Shown here piece by piece: positions 30,601-39,025 of a stretch of 64,000 bases of DNA (its first letter is position 1; every line of letters begins with the position of its first letter). The DNA comes from a virus, in the IMG/VR virus record IMGVR_UViG_3300022690_000671, positions 1 to 64,000 of that record; one strand, written 5' to 3'. The notes under the pieces were generated by a model that was not told where the DNA came from, did not search any database, and saw only the letters and a list, made by a program, of their open reading frames with translations. The position numbers and the translations under genes were made by a program.

Positions 30601-33600
30601 GCATTAGCACGAGGAGAACCTACAGCGACATTTTTTGCTGAACCAGGTGTTGTAGAAGGTGAGGAAGCTATTGAAGGCGAAGCCGCTGTAACACTAACCC
30701 GCGAACAATTCTTGGAGCGCTTAACGAACGAGGAAAATATTCGTCGTTTGGCTCAGAATCAGGCTAATTTAGAACAAAGAACAATTACCGTTCAGATAGA
30801 TCCCGGTGCAGCGCCAGAGATCTTTACGCCTACGAAGCTACGTGTGCCTCGACCTGGTCCCGTAACGGAAGCGGAGCGTCAGGAGACCCTGGCAGAGGAA
30901 CGTATCGCTCGGACGCGACAGCAGCAGCTACAGCGCGTGGAGGAGGCTGCTACGGTGGCGACGGAGGACCCGTTAACTGCTCTTCGAGAAGCCATAGCCA
31001 ATCAGGACGTTAATCGTATAGCAGAAATTGTCGATATTAACCCAGATGCGTTTGAAACTGCTGATCGACAAAGTCTAATAGAGGAAGCAGAAGAACAAGG
31101 TCCAGGTGTTGCGGCATTTGTAGAAAGTCAATTAGCCTTTCCTACGGAAGCGGTTGAACGTGAGCCTACTCAACTAAGAGTTCCGGTAACACCACAGGTA
31201 GATGTTCAGGAAGAAGCCGTACGCGCAGAATCAGCACAGCGTGTCTCAGAGCGTAATAAACTCGAAACACAACGCACAGAACTTATTAATCAATTTAACG
31301 CATCTGAACAATCTGTTCAGGACGCATTGGCCGCCTTTGATGAAAAATTTCCAACTTCAACTTCAGCACAAATATTGCAAACTAAGACATCTTTGGAGCA
31401 AGGCGAAATACCTGCACCTCTCACAAGAGTCAACCGAAACAACACCACGTTGGTCGCTGTTCGTGATGCTATTCAGCGGCTCAATGATGTAAACGATCAG
31501 TTAGAACAAGTTGAAACTACTATTGGTGATGTCGAAGGTCGTATGACTGGTCTAGAACTCGCCGTAAGTCCAGAAGGCACTACCCCAGAAGAACGAGACG
31601 AAATAGCAGCAATTCAGGCGTTACGTCTAGATGAAAACCAGGAAGTTTCACTCATTCGTCAAGTGTTGGGGCGTCAGTTTGTGACTGATAAAGTCTCGTC
31701 AAAATCAGTTGTCGACACAGAAAACGGCACATTTAGGATTGATTTATATCAGGACTTCCGTAATCCCGGACAATCAATAGCTTTTGTTGAGGGCACAATC
31801 GTTGAAGATGGCGACGATCCTCATATGCAAATTACAAGTCGTGGAACCGAACGTGGTTTCCGTGGTCGAGGGTTTGGTTCGCAACTTCTAGATGAGGCTT
31901 TTCAAGAAGCTACGTTCAGAAATATTCCTCTACGAAGCGACAACAACGTTTCCGCAGCGGCAGTACGTACATTCCGACGCTTTGGTGAACAAAGCAACGT
32001 TGATCTGGTTCAGTCTGATAATACAACAGAACTTCCAGACGGATCTTTCTTCCTTGCGGGGGATAATCCTAATTACGTTTTCCAACTTACTGTCTCTAGT
32101 GACGATCCGCTCCCTCCGGACTTCTTTGGAGAAGACACGCCCCTGGTAGAAAACGTTGAAGAAGCCGAAGAACAATTCAATGAAGCTACTGCTACACCAG
32201 ACGAGGATACGACACTGGAAACTGAAGAAAACGTAGTGCGTTTGCGTATGGAAGACGAACTTCGTAAGACAAGTGTAGACTTGCAGGGTCCTATTCCATC
32301 TGTAGTACGTCGCGACGATCCCAAAGAAGGACAAGAAGATACTATTCCTGATGGTGTTCAAAGTAGCGAAGAATTTGCTCAATTCTTTGCCGATACCGTA
32401 AGAGCAGAAGATGGTGGGGCTCAAAATGTAGAGGATCCTCTTAATGCTTCGGTAATGGATACAGAAGAACACGAAAGTATTTACGAGACCTACGAAAGCT
32501 TTCAGGGTAATTTCGACACTCATATTTCAACCAGTATTCCTGGATTTGTTGACGCTCAAGTTCGTGTAGTAGATGCTCTAAGTAAAATACTTGAAGAAGG
32601 TTCCGAAGTGCTTGATATAGGCGCTGGGGAAAACACATTCCTCAAAACGCTACAGGTAACAAGTAGAGCAAATGATCGAAGAATTGAAGGTTTAGGTATT
32701 GATTCATCAGCAGCTATGAGAGATGCGGCTAAGAAGCGTCGTGTTCGTGGAATCAGATTCCGACTAAGTGCGTGGGGCGAGTCTTTTGTAGATCCGGACA
32801 CAGGACGCAGAGTTAAAGTGTTCGAGGCTGATGATGGAACATATGACCTTGTATATGAGGGTATGACCTTTCAGTTCATTAGCGATGATCGCAGTGGGCA
32901 GTTAGATGAAGTTGTTCGTATAATGAAGGACGATGGTCTTTTTGTGACGTTAGAGAAATTTAATCAACAAAATGAAGATACCTATTTCCAACAGGAAAAA
33001 GCCAAAGACGCATTTAAGCTCCTATTCTATGAGCAGAGTGATATAGATACCAAGAAAAAAACTGTTCTTGGTAATGCCGCGTCTCGTGAAGGTATGCGTA
33101 GCAATATGGTAGATCAGACGACATTCGAGAATTTACTTCTCGACCGTTTTGAACATGTCGCCCAAATATGGTCATCTGGAAACTTCAGTGGCTACATTGC
33201 AACAAATGACAGAGCCAAATTCGATGCGTTTATTTCAAACCTAAGTTCGACGAATAGTGACTTTGCTGTTAAGCAAACGCCTCATTTAATAAGCGATAGC
33301 CCTGCCCAACGCGATGGACTTAATACTGCCCAGCGCACCCAGGAACAAGAAGTTGAAACTACATTACAAGGAACTCCTGTTGTGGCTCAATGGACCAAGC
33401 AAGAGACAGGGCGATACACACACGAAATAGACGGATCTGTTTGGGAGATTAAACTAGAAGAGGGCGATTGGAACACAACTCGCGATGGCGTTTCAGTACT
33501 CGATCCTACTCGTACACTAAGAGAAGCTAAAACTCTGGTGTCAGAAGCTATTAATCTCACTCGTAATGATGCACTTCAAGATGATGGCGATTTGATTCAA

Positions 33601-36600
33601 TTTAATCCTCTTAGTCTCCCTGATAATGTAGTCGTTATCGATACAAACACTGATCTTTCGAGAGGTCATATAGGAATAAACGATAGTGACGAATATTTTG
33701 CGGACCACATGGGTCATGTTTTCCGTTCTCCTATTGGTAACAGTGTTGATGAAATTACTCATTATCGTAGAGGTGCGATACTTGTCGGAAAGGTCGAAGA
33801 TGCAAAAGTAGGACAATTGTTAGACGAAAACAACGTGGAACCGGGCGATATTGACGATATTGATCTTCTAGGTCATGAGGTTTGGTCTTCGCTTGTCGAA
33901 CAACAAGGAGATACACCAGAACCATTAGCAATAGATCCTCTTGAAATTACTGAGTTGGCCCTGCGTGGACAAAGAAGCTTCTTACTTGATCTAGGAGGTG
34001 AGTTACGTGGTCAATTTCAATCTCCCGGACTTAAAAAGGCTCTTCAAGCACTTGAAAGAAACGAACGCCCCCAAGAAATACGCTCCATAGCTGAAGGCAA
34101 TGAGGAGTTAGAAGATTTCAACCGTAGACTCAAAGACTACGCTGCTCTATGGGATCAACGTGAGGCCATTTTGAACCCTATTACTCCTCTTCGCGATTCT
34201 CAGGGTAATCCTGATTGGGTAACAGCAGAGATTCTTATGTTAGATGACGATATCAATGAGATCTCTATTGATGATGATAATACGGTTGTTGGTTTTGTTG
34301 AAAACGAGAATAGCGAAACGCTTTTTTACAGACGCAACCTCGCCGATCAGTGGGAATCTGTAGAAGAGATCACGGAAGAAGAACATGGTAAGGCCCTAGA
34401 AGTCGCAGAGAAACGTTTGATGACTATGCGCAATGAAGGCACTGTTTTCACAATCAACGGCCAAGTTGTTGCAGATCTCAAAGTTCAATCTGCTTCGAAG
34501 AAACGTAAAACTGCTGAAACTGCTGCTATTAAAGCAGGGGAAAAGTATAAGGGTAAGGCCGAGGCCGCACTAAGAGCGAAAGCTGAATTGGCGTTAAGTA
34601 TTGTACCAGATGCAATGACTCCCAGCGGGGGACCTGCACTGCGTACTTTTGTGCGCTTGGTTAACGACTATAGAACTGACGTTGAATCCTATCTCAGGGC
34701 AGAAGATGCGTATCACGAGGCAAATATTGGTTTAGAAGAAAACCCTGAAGACGAGATTAATGACAACGGTCGTGGATTTCGTAGTTTCCGTAAGGACATA
34801 GAAGCATATTTCAGTGGTAAAGGTATTGCCATATTTGATGGTAAGGATCCTTCTGATCTCGCGAATCGTAGTCTTCAAAAGATGATTCATCAGGAATCTA
34901 TGGCGAGAGTGAGACTTGAAGAAAACACAACTGCCCCAGAACTAGACGAAGAAATTCAACGTCAGATATCTGATGGTGTGGTTAGGGGTTTGAGTCTAAC
35001 TGAAATTCTCAATGAACTACCAAAACAGAATCCTCAATCTGTTGAAAATCTGTACAATGTATTAGCCTCATCCATAATTGGTGTTGATGAGGATATTGAT
35101 TTTGAAGATCCTCACCTGGACATTAATGACATAGTATCGTATTCTATGTCATCGCCATCGCCTCGTGTTCGTGAATCAAGAGCACGGCGCGTAATATCTT
35201 GGTTTAAACCTAGTACTCCTAATATACACCGTCGAAATGTTATATCTACCTCGTTTCGTCGTCTCACATATCAAGCTGCGAAATACCCTGGCGCAGTGAT
35301 GAATATTGCTCGTAAAGTGTATGCTTCTCCTGAAAAAAGATTAAGGGTAGGTGGAGTTCCTAGAACTTTATTTGAAGCAAGAGAATTCGAAGAAGAGAAA
35401 TGGTTTACTAAATATCTTGATATTCAAGAAGATGCTGATAGGTGGATGAAGAATAATGTTCCTATTGGAAACAGAGAAAAAGCATGGGGACGTATTGGTG
35501 CATTACAGCGTCAACCAAGTCTCGCAACTGCGACAGATCGCGATCAAGCATTATTGGGATTTGCAAATCAATTGCATAACCTGATGGAGAAATTTGGCAA
35601 ATACTTGAGTGATGAAAAAAACGACGATTTCAACCTTCTTTCTGAAGCCCAACTTATCCAGTTTGATCCTGTAAAGGGAACGCGTTACTTTCCTCGTACC
35701 TGGAATGCTATGGAGATGGAGAGAAGAGAGTCGCAGTGGAAGGAAATCCTTCGTCGACAATCGCTTCCTATTTTCCGTAAGCGCATAGAAGAAAAACGGA
35801 AGGAATTAAATGCCGAACTTCTTGAGGCTGAAGCTGATCTTCAAAAAGCAATAGATAAGGATTCTGATTCCAGAGCCTCAAAAAGAGGTAGAGACCTCGT
35901 CGATATCGTTAAAAATAATTTACAATCTCTTGATGGAACCCTTGACGAATTTATCGATCAAATATTCAATAAGATTACAAAGGGCGATACCTTTGCTTAT
36001 GATAAGTGGTTATTTAGCGACAAGAGTCGTCTTATAAGGGAAATGCTTGATACTTTTCCTAATGCTCCTCGTGGTATCCACGCCAAACAGCGTAAGTTAT
36101 GGTGGATAAACGAAAACGAATTTGCACAAGCTAATTTCTTGGCTGATGATCCGCGTGATGCGTTACCTACGTATCTAAGAAACTTTATTCGTCAAAGAGA
36201 ATATATTAGACGTTTTGGTCGCAGTAATCAAGAACTTGAGATTACTGCTAAGGAAATGGAAATTATCGGTAAGGCCAAAGGTTATGATTCGAAAACAATT
36301 AAAAGCGACATAGAAGAATTCAAACGAATAATGGAGGGTCTTGCCGGAGTCTTGCATATCGAAAATATTGCAAGATATCACGGTGCTGATAAAGTTATTC
36401 GTTTGAGTCATACACTATCTGTTATGTCCGCGCTAACCTTTACGGGCGTCACGTCATTTATTGAAACCGCTGCGATTCCTTTAAGATTTGGTTTTGAAGC
36501 AGCGGCGTTAGGACTTACAGCACTTCCTGGCTTTGCCAAGGAGAAAATGGGTGTACCAGTAAGAGCCTTTATGAAGGGTATTGGTATTATGGTACCAAAA

Positions 36601-37707
36601 CACTTTGGGCGTAGTCAAATTATGGAAATGGGTAGAATGGTGGCTGTTATTTCCCACCATACTATTAATACACTTATTGACGAACGGGCTCTTGGTTATG
36701 CTTTAGATGACACTCAACCCAACTCAAAAGCAGCTAAATATTCTCGCAAGTTAATTAGAGGATTTTATAAAATTAATTTAGTTGCTCCAATTACAGAACT
36801 TCAGAGAGTAATGTCGGCTGTAGCTGCTCAAAGACATATTACCAGATTATTTCGTAAACCGCGCAGTAAACTAACTACCAGAGAATTGGATTTACTCGAA
36901 ATCCTTAATCTTAAAAATGATTTTGATCGTCTCCGAGAAGTCTGGCGCTCAAATAAAGCAAATTTGTTCAGAATTCGCGAACGTGAAAGTCAAGAAGATT
37001 TCGAGACGTTTCAAACAGCCATTTATCGTGCAGTTAATCAGGCAATAACGAAACCCAACGCAGCAACTAAACCTGTCTGGGGTAATAGTCTTGATCCCAT
37101 TCTTCAGGCAGTATATTCTTTGAAAAGTTTCTCTGATGGTTTTAGAGAAGGTGCCTTTGCTTTTTGGCTTGACCGTATGAGAAATGGAGATTGGCCCGAA
37201 AAATTCTCTATGATGGTGAGATTTTTAAATTTATTATTTGTTTCTTGGCTCACTGAATCGATCATTCGACCTGGAGTAAAAGTAATACTTGGTGCAGATG
37301 CTCAAGAACTAAAAGAAAGGGAAGAAAGAACAGGAAGACTTCTCAACGCAATTGCTGTAATAGATAAGACAGGATTTACAGTACAAGGCAGTAACTTTCT
37401 TGGTGCATTTTATGCCTCTAAATATGGACGATCTCCTGAATCAGGTGTCGTAGGGCCTGGAGTAACTGCTGTGTCAGATGTTGCCAAAGGATTTTACGTT
37501 TCGCTTGATAGAGGCGACCCTGCTTTTTTATGGAATGCTTTGTACAATAGCTACGTTCCAGGAGCAAAACTTCCATTCCTCAAAGATTTGGCAACCATCG
37601 AACCGGGCAAGTTTAAAGTTGATGTTCCGGCCCTACTTGGTATCGAAAAGGAATCTACTGGAGGTGGTCGACGCCGTAGTAGAACACGTCGTAGTAAAGA
37701 ACGTTAA
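27655..37707 (+). CDS. giant polyvalent internal virion protein (hydrophobic G/A-rich region, degenerate metallopeptidase, GNAT, CmoA-like SAM domain, helical C-terminus)
   Basis: 3350 aa; DEIFHAF; FRGRGFGSQLL; VLDIGAGE...GIDSSAAM...TFQF...LEKF; last gene of the late block. Confidence 0.8.
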   Translation: MENQELLDLLQAIIDRQPEGPADIARPQDEAAAPEPLEILPQPGVSTAEQLAAAPEPLEILPQPGVSTAEQLAAATTQEEADILERRVSEERFQETASLQDFLRRKSEGPLTRVTGPREVQEEDNPVVALLGAIDKRTQEDEGFFNDLLSGLSEGSRIVVSDAARNFGFQDFANRLEETAPRERTTTPAAAIGRAIVGGTKFFIEGGLSLALGPVLGGSSLEEQFGFDPGEQRDILDEIRQVKTRPDDFTEEQVTDLVNRRDAALRNTQIFEARQILSELTPEGTGIDDFLEGFERSKFTILANVAAAFGDIDDFETANRLREIASTEQFDAQSAYATAGEIGAQSIPSAAALLIGGPVAAGLMGAFYFTQGLGSGRTVYRDIKEKTGEEVKFIEEMTLGIGFGLAEMLTERFGLKVLENISTKLAFELGEKALLTQIRKGTLTQAQIVAMSKWTVATMGAEAYEEAVNSVAQTTMISMFDPETGVMDQGLWDFTKDLTEDALISAAGGALGGGFVGPAARFRGRQNIRNARRELNEASDDELFNVLQDENVNEGIRGVAEEIFNSRLAGQAPTVDGARLPTPQMTPEFREEFTAAANEASSADLQRGLLDGRFTGEQTDIIIGILEQKPSEEAPVRFGPERVREQRRRFAETLEEAERLGQPVEELEPRVGIRTQVPGTERIVRPGAVLEGAIDIEAARQGAEIVDAEEAVVNQENAIQIFNSFIDATNLVEEEKTRFKNAIILADVAGRRGTEEELRSRGILSGDPGSPVITIGDQTYEGDTAKEMLGTFRIGAVTVGSKDQLRNIFLLANVDETDVRDEIFHAFMDFAPGEVKRDAINAFNEEFDTTFKTYSEGRERMAREFANHLGGIRRTERGGFLRGLFDTHNRAWRQTINPFKRGDVAEQVQTGAFTDLLLKIGRGEVADLVQPGIVEEIVEEAAEPQEAEIRQVINEDSDRRADVLREIEEEGRPFGIGEVAFQALARGEPTATFFAEPGVVEGEEAIEGEAAVTLTREQFLERLTNEENIRRLAQNQANLEQRTITVQIDPGAAPEIFTPTKLRVPRPGPVTEAERQETLAEERIARTRQQQLQRVEEAATVATEDPLTALREAIANQDVNRIAEIVDINPDAFETADRQSLIEEAEEQGPGVAAFVESQLAFPTEAVEREPTQLRVPVTPQVDVQEEAVRAESAQRVSERNKLETQRTELINQFNASEQSVQDALAAFDEKFPTSTSAQILQTKTSLEQGEIPAPLTRVNRNNTTLVAVRDAIQRLNDVNDQLEQVETTIGDVEGRMTGLELAVSPEGTTPEERDEIAAIQALRLDENQEVSLIRQVLGRQFVTDKVSSKSVVDTENGTFRIDLYQDFRNPGQSIAFVEGTIVEDGDDPHMQITSRGTERGFRGRGFGSQLLDEAFQEATFRNIPLRSDNNVSAAAVRTFRRFGEQSNVDLVQSDNTTELPDGSFFLAGDNPNYVFQLTVSSDDPLPPDFFGEDTPLVENVEEAEEQFNEATATPDEDTTLETEENVVRLRMEDELRKTSVDLQGPIPSVVRRDDPKEGQEDTIPDGVQSSEEFAQFFADTVRAEDGGAQNVEDPLNASVMDTEEHESIYETYESFQGNFDTHISTSIPGFVDAQVRVVDALSKILEEGSEVLDIGAGENTFLKTLQVTSRANDRRIEGLGIDSSAAMRDAAKKRRVRGIRFRLSAWGESFVDPDTGRRVKVFEADDGTYDLVYEGMTFQFISDDRSGQLDEVVRIMKDDGLFVTLEKFNQQNEDTYFQQEKAKDAFKLLFYEQSDIDTKKKTVLGNAASREGMRSNMVDQTTFENLLLDRFEHVAQIWSSGNFSGYIATNDRAKFDAFISNLSSTNSDFAVKQTPHLISDSPAQRDGLNTAQRTQEQEVETTLQGTPVVAQWTKQETGRYTHEIDGSVWEIKLEEGDWNTTRDGVSVLDPTRTLREAKTLVSEAINLTRNDALQDDGDLIQFNPLSLPDNVVVIDTNTDLSRGHIGINDSDEYFADHMGHVFRSPIGNSVDEITHYRRGAILVGKVEDAKVGQLLDENNVEPGDIDDIDLLGHEVWSSLVEQQGDTPEPLAIDPLEITELALRGQRSFLLDLGGELRGQFQSPGLKKALQALERNERPQEIRSIAEGNEELEDFNRRLKDYAALWDQREAILNPITPLRDSQGNPDWVTAEILMLDDDINEISIDDDNTVVGFVENENSETLFYRRNLADQWESVEEITEEEHGKALEVAEKRLMTMRNEGTVFTINGQVVADLKVQSASKKRKTAETAAIKAGEKYKGKAEAALRAKAELALSIVPDAMTPSGGPALRTFVRLVNDYRTDVESYLRAEDAYHEANIGLEENPEDEINDNGRGFRSFRKDIEAYFSGKGIAIFDGKDPSDLANRSLQKMIHQESMARVRLEENTTAPELDEEIQRQISDGVVRGLSLTEILNELPKQNPQSVENLYNVLASSIIGVDEDIDFEDPHLDINDIVSYSMSSPSPRVRESRARRVISWFKPSTPNIHRRNVISTSFRRLTYQAAKYPGAVMNIARKVYASPEKRLRVGGVPRTLFEAREFEEEKWFTKYLDIQEDADRWMKNNVPIGNREKAWGRIGALQRQPSLATATDRDQALLGFANQLHNLMEKFGKYLSDEKNDDFNLLSEAQLIQFDPVKGTRYFPRTWNAMEMERRESQWKEILRRQSLPIFRKRIEEKRKELNAELLEAEADLQKAIDKDSDSRASKRGRDLVDIVKNNLQSLDGTLDEFIDQIFNKITKGDTFAYDKWLFSDKSRLIREMLDTFPNAPRGIHAKQRKLWWINENEFAQANFLADDPRDALPTYLRNFIRQREYIRRFGRSNQELEITAKEMEIIGKAKGYDSKTIKSDIEEFKRIMEGLAGVLHIENIARYHGADKVIRLSHTLSVMSALTFTGVTSFIETAAIPLRFGFEAAALGLTALPGFAKEKMGVPVRAFMKGIGIMVPKHFGRSQIMEMGRMVAVISHHTINTLIDERALGYALDDTQPNSKAAKYSRKLIRGFYKINLVAPITELQRVMSAVAAQRHITRLFRKPRSKLTTRELDLLEILNLKNDFDRLREVWRSNKANLFRIRERESQEDFETFQTAIYRAVNQAITKPNAATKPVWGNSLDPILQAVYSLKSFSDGFREGAFAFWLDRMRNGDWPEKFSMMVRFLNLLFVSWLTESIIRPGVKVILGADAQELKEREERTGRLLNAIAVIDKTGFTVQGSNFLGAFYASKYGRSPESGVVGPGVTAVSDVAKGFYVSLDRGDPAFLWNALYNSYVPGAKLPFLKDLATIEPGKFKVDVPALLGIEKESTGGGRRRSRTRRSKER
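27745..27878 (+). repeat. perfect 63-bp tandem duplication in giant gene
   Basis: 27745-27807 identical to 27808-27870, encodes AAAPEPLEILPQPGVSTAEQL twice. Confidence 0.95.
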
Positions 37708-37715
37708 CAAGTTGA

Positions 37716-37934
37716 TTAGTTTCTAAGAACTGTTCTACATACGCATTGCTCAGATAATATATACACTTCTCCTCGACACAATAATTCAAGCTTTCCGTTT
37801 TCGTACCTATGAATCACTTTGTATAAAGGGCTTCCTGAATTGAGCCGTACTATGTCGCCTTTCTGTTTTGGCCCTGGATCTGGAGCCTTTTTTACCAACT
37901 GCAAATCCTCTGTATGAAAATTGTCGTTATTCAT
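37716..37934 (-). CDS. small protein, YodC/DUF2158-like motif
   Basis: KGDIVRLNSGSP..V motif; last gene of - strand block. Confidence 0.55.
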   Translation of the reverse strand: MNNDNFHTEDLQLVKKAPDPGPKQKGDIVRLNSGSPLYKVIHRYENGKLELLCRGEVYILSEQCVCRTVLRN

Positions 37935-37946
37935 AATTTCTATAGA

Positions 37947-37981
37947 GAAGCCCCGGCAACACGCTTAGTCATCGGGGTTTC
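37947..37981 (+). terminator. hairpin near the convergence of late and early blocks
   Basis: GAAGCCCCG...CGGGGTTTC stem. Confidence 0.5.
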
Positions 37982-38069
37982 CATGTCTCCGGCCTTTACA
38001 GTTTAGATAATTATTGACACAATCAAGCCTGAATCACTTATTTTCGTTACTGAGAAGCAAAACTATCAG

Positions 38070-38117
38070 CTTTCTGAATTGACGCCTGAAGGAATCGGAA
38101 TACATGATTTGCTTGAG
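38070..38117 (+). repeat. diverged 48-nt copy of 28483-28530 (giant gene)
   Basis: 41/48 identical, ungapped, with exact 15-nt core TGACGCCTGAAGGAA. Confidence 0.85.
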
Positions 38118-38219
38118 TGCCAATTGCTTATCGGTCATTTGGGACAGATTGGTTTTTGGTGTCGTGTTCGTGATTTTTTTACCTCGGTTGATGGATTCTT
38201 TTGTTTTACAGATATCTAA

Positions 38220-38708
38220 TTATTTACCCTCCAAATCTGGGAAATGAAACGCCTTCCCTTCAAGTGTATTAACGACAATGTATCCTACCTTCTTTCCCTC
38301 TTCCATCAAAGGCTCGATAGGGTAAAAAACGTTGGGATTCACGAAACCATGTTGTTCTTGTCCGTAGGGAACGAAATTGTGATATCCTCCATAGGATTCA
38401 TAACCGTCTTCCTTGTACGTGAGACGAATCCAGGGGGCTTTCGCGAGTACGGCGTACGGAAACGTAAGGTCAGTGTCCAGACGAGAAAGACTTTTTGATG
38501 CTTTAAGTCTGGGGCTGTAGAACTCAAGATATGTGTAGACCTTGCCCTTCTTGTCGGCAGTTCTACGTGTACGAATCTGTGCATCTGCCACGACGCGCAG
38601 TGCTATTTCGTTCAAGGCACTGACCTGCTCCATATGCTCGGACCAGTCTTCGCTTTCTATCCAATGGACTTCTGCGCCGACTCTTACTGCTGTGCGATAG
38701 CTGCTCAT
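38220..38708 (-). CDS. hypothetical protein
   Basis: 162-aa ORF in - strand operon. Confidence 0.7.
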   Translation of the reverse strand: MSSYRTAVRVGAEVHWIESEDWSEHMEQVSALNEIALRVVADAQIRTRRTADKKGKVYTYLEFYSPRLKASKSLSRLDTDLTFPYAVLAKAPWIRLTYKEDGYESYGGYHNFVPYGQEQHGFVNPNVFYPIEPLMEEGKKVGYIVVNTLEGKAFHFPDLEGK

Positions 38709-38722
38709 GTGTTTGTATTATG

Positions 38723-38965
38723 TTAAATTTCGAAGTAGTTGTCCCAGACAAAGTTTGGTGAAATACTATATGGCTTACTGCCATCTTCAGGATAAGCTAC
38801 ATAGTATCCACCATGCCAGTCGTCGACAGTCTCGGGCGATATCAACATTTCTCCTTCCTGAGTTTCGACCGTGAAAGGTTCATTGATAAAAGCGAGAGCC
38901 ACTATTGTCTTCTTTCTGTGTGAAACAAGATTTTCGGGCCTGTTGTCGAGTGTAAACGTTGCCAT
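38723..38965 (-). CDS. PGDYG-like small phage protein
   Basis: HRKKTIVA....EPFTVETQEGEM...F...Y pattern; AGGAG SD. Confidence 0.6.
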   Translation of the reverse strand: MATFTLDNRPENLVSHRKKTIVALAFINEPFTVETQEGEMLISPETVDDWHGGYYVAYPEDGSKPYSISPNFVWDNYFEI

Positions 38966-39025
38966 GATGTATTATCTCCTAGTTGGTGAGTGTGTTATCT
39001 ATCATACGACATTCAGATAGATTTG

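Noticed and set aside
27655-37707. Virion RNA polymerase (N4- or crAss-like) given its size and the GNA hairpins
   Set aside because: No DxDGD or T7-type polymerase motifs recognised; the domains seen fit a polyvalent protein. A structure search is needed to exclude it fully
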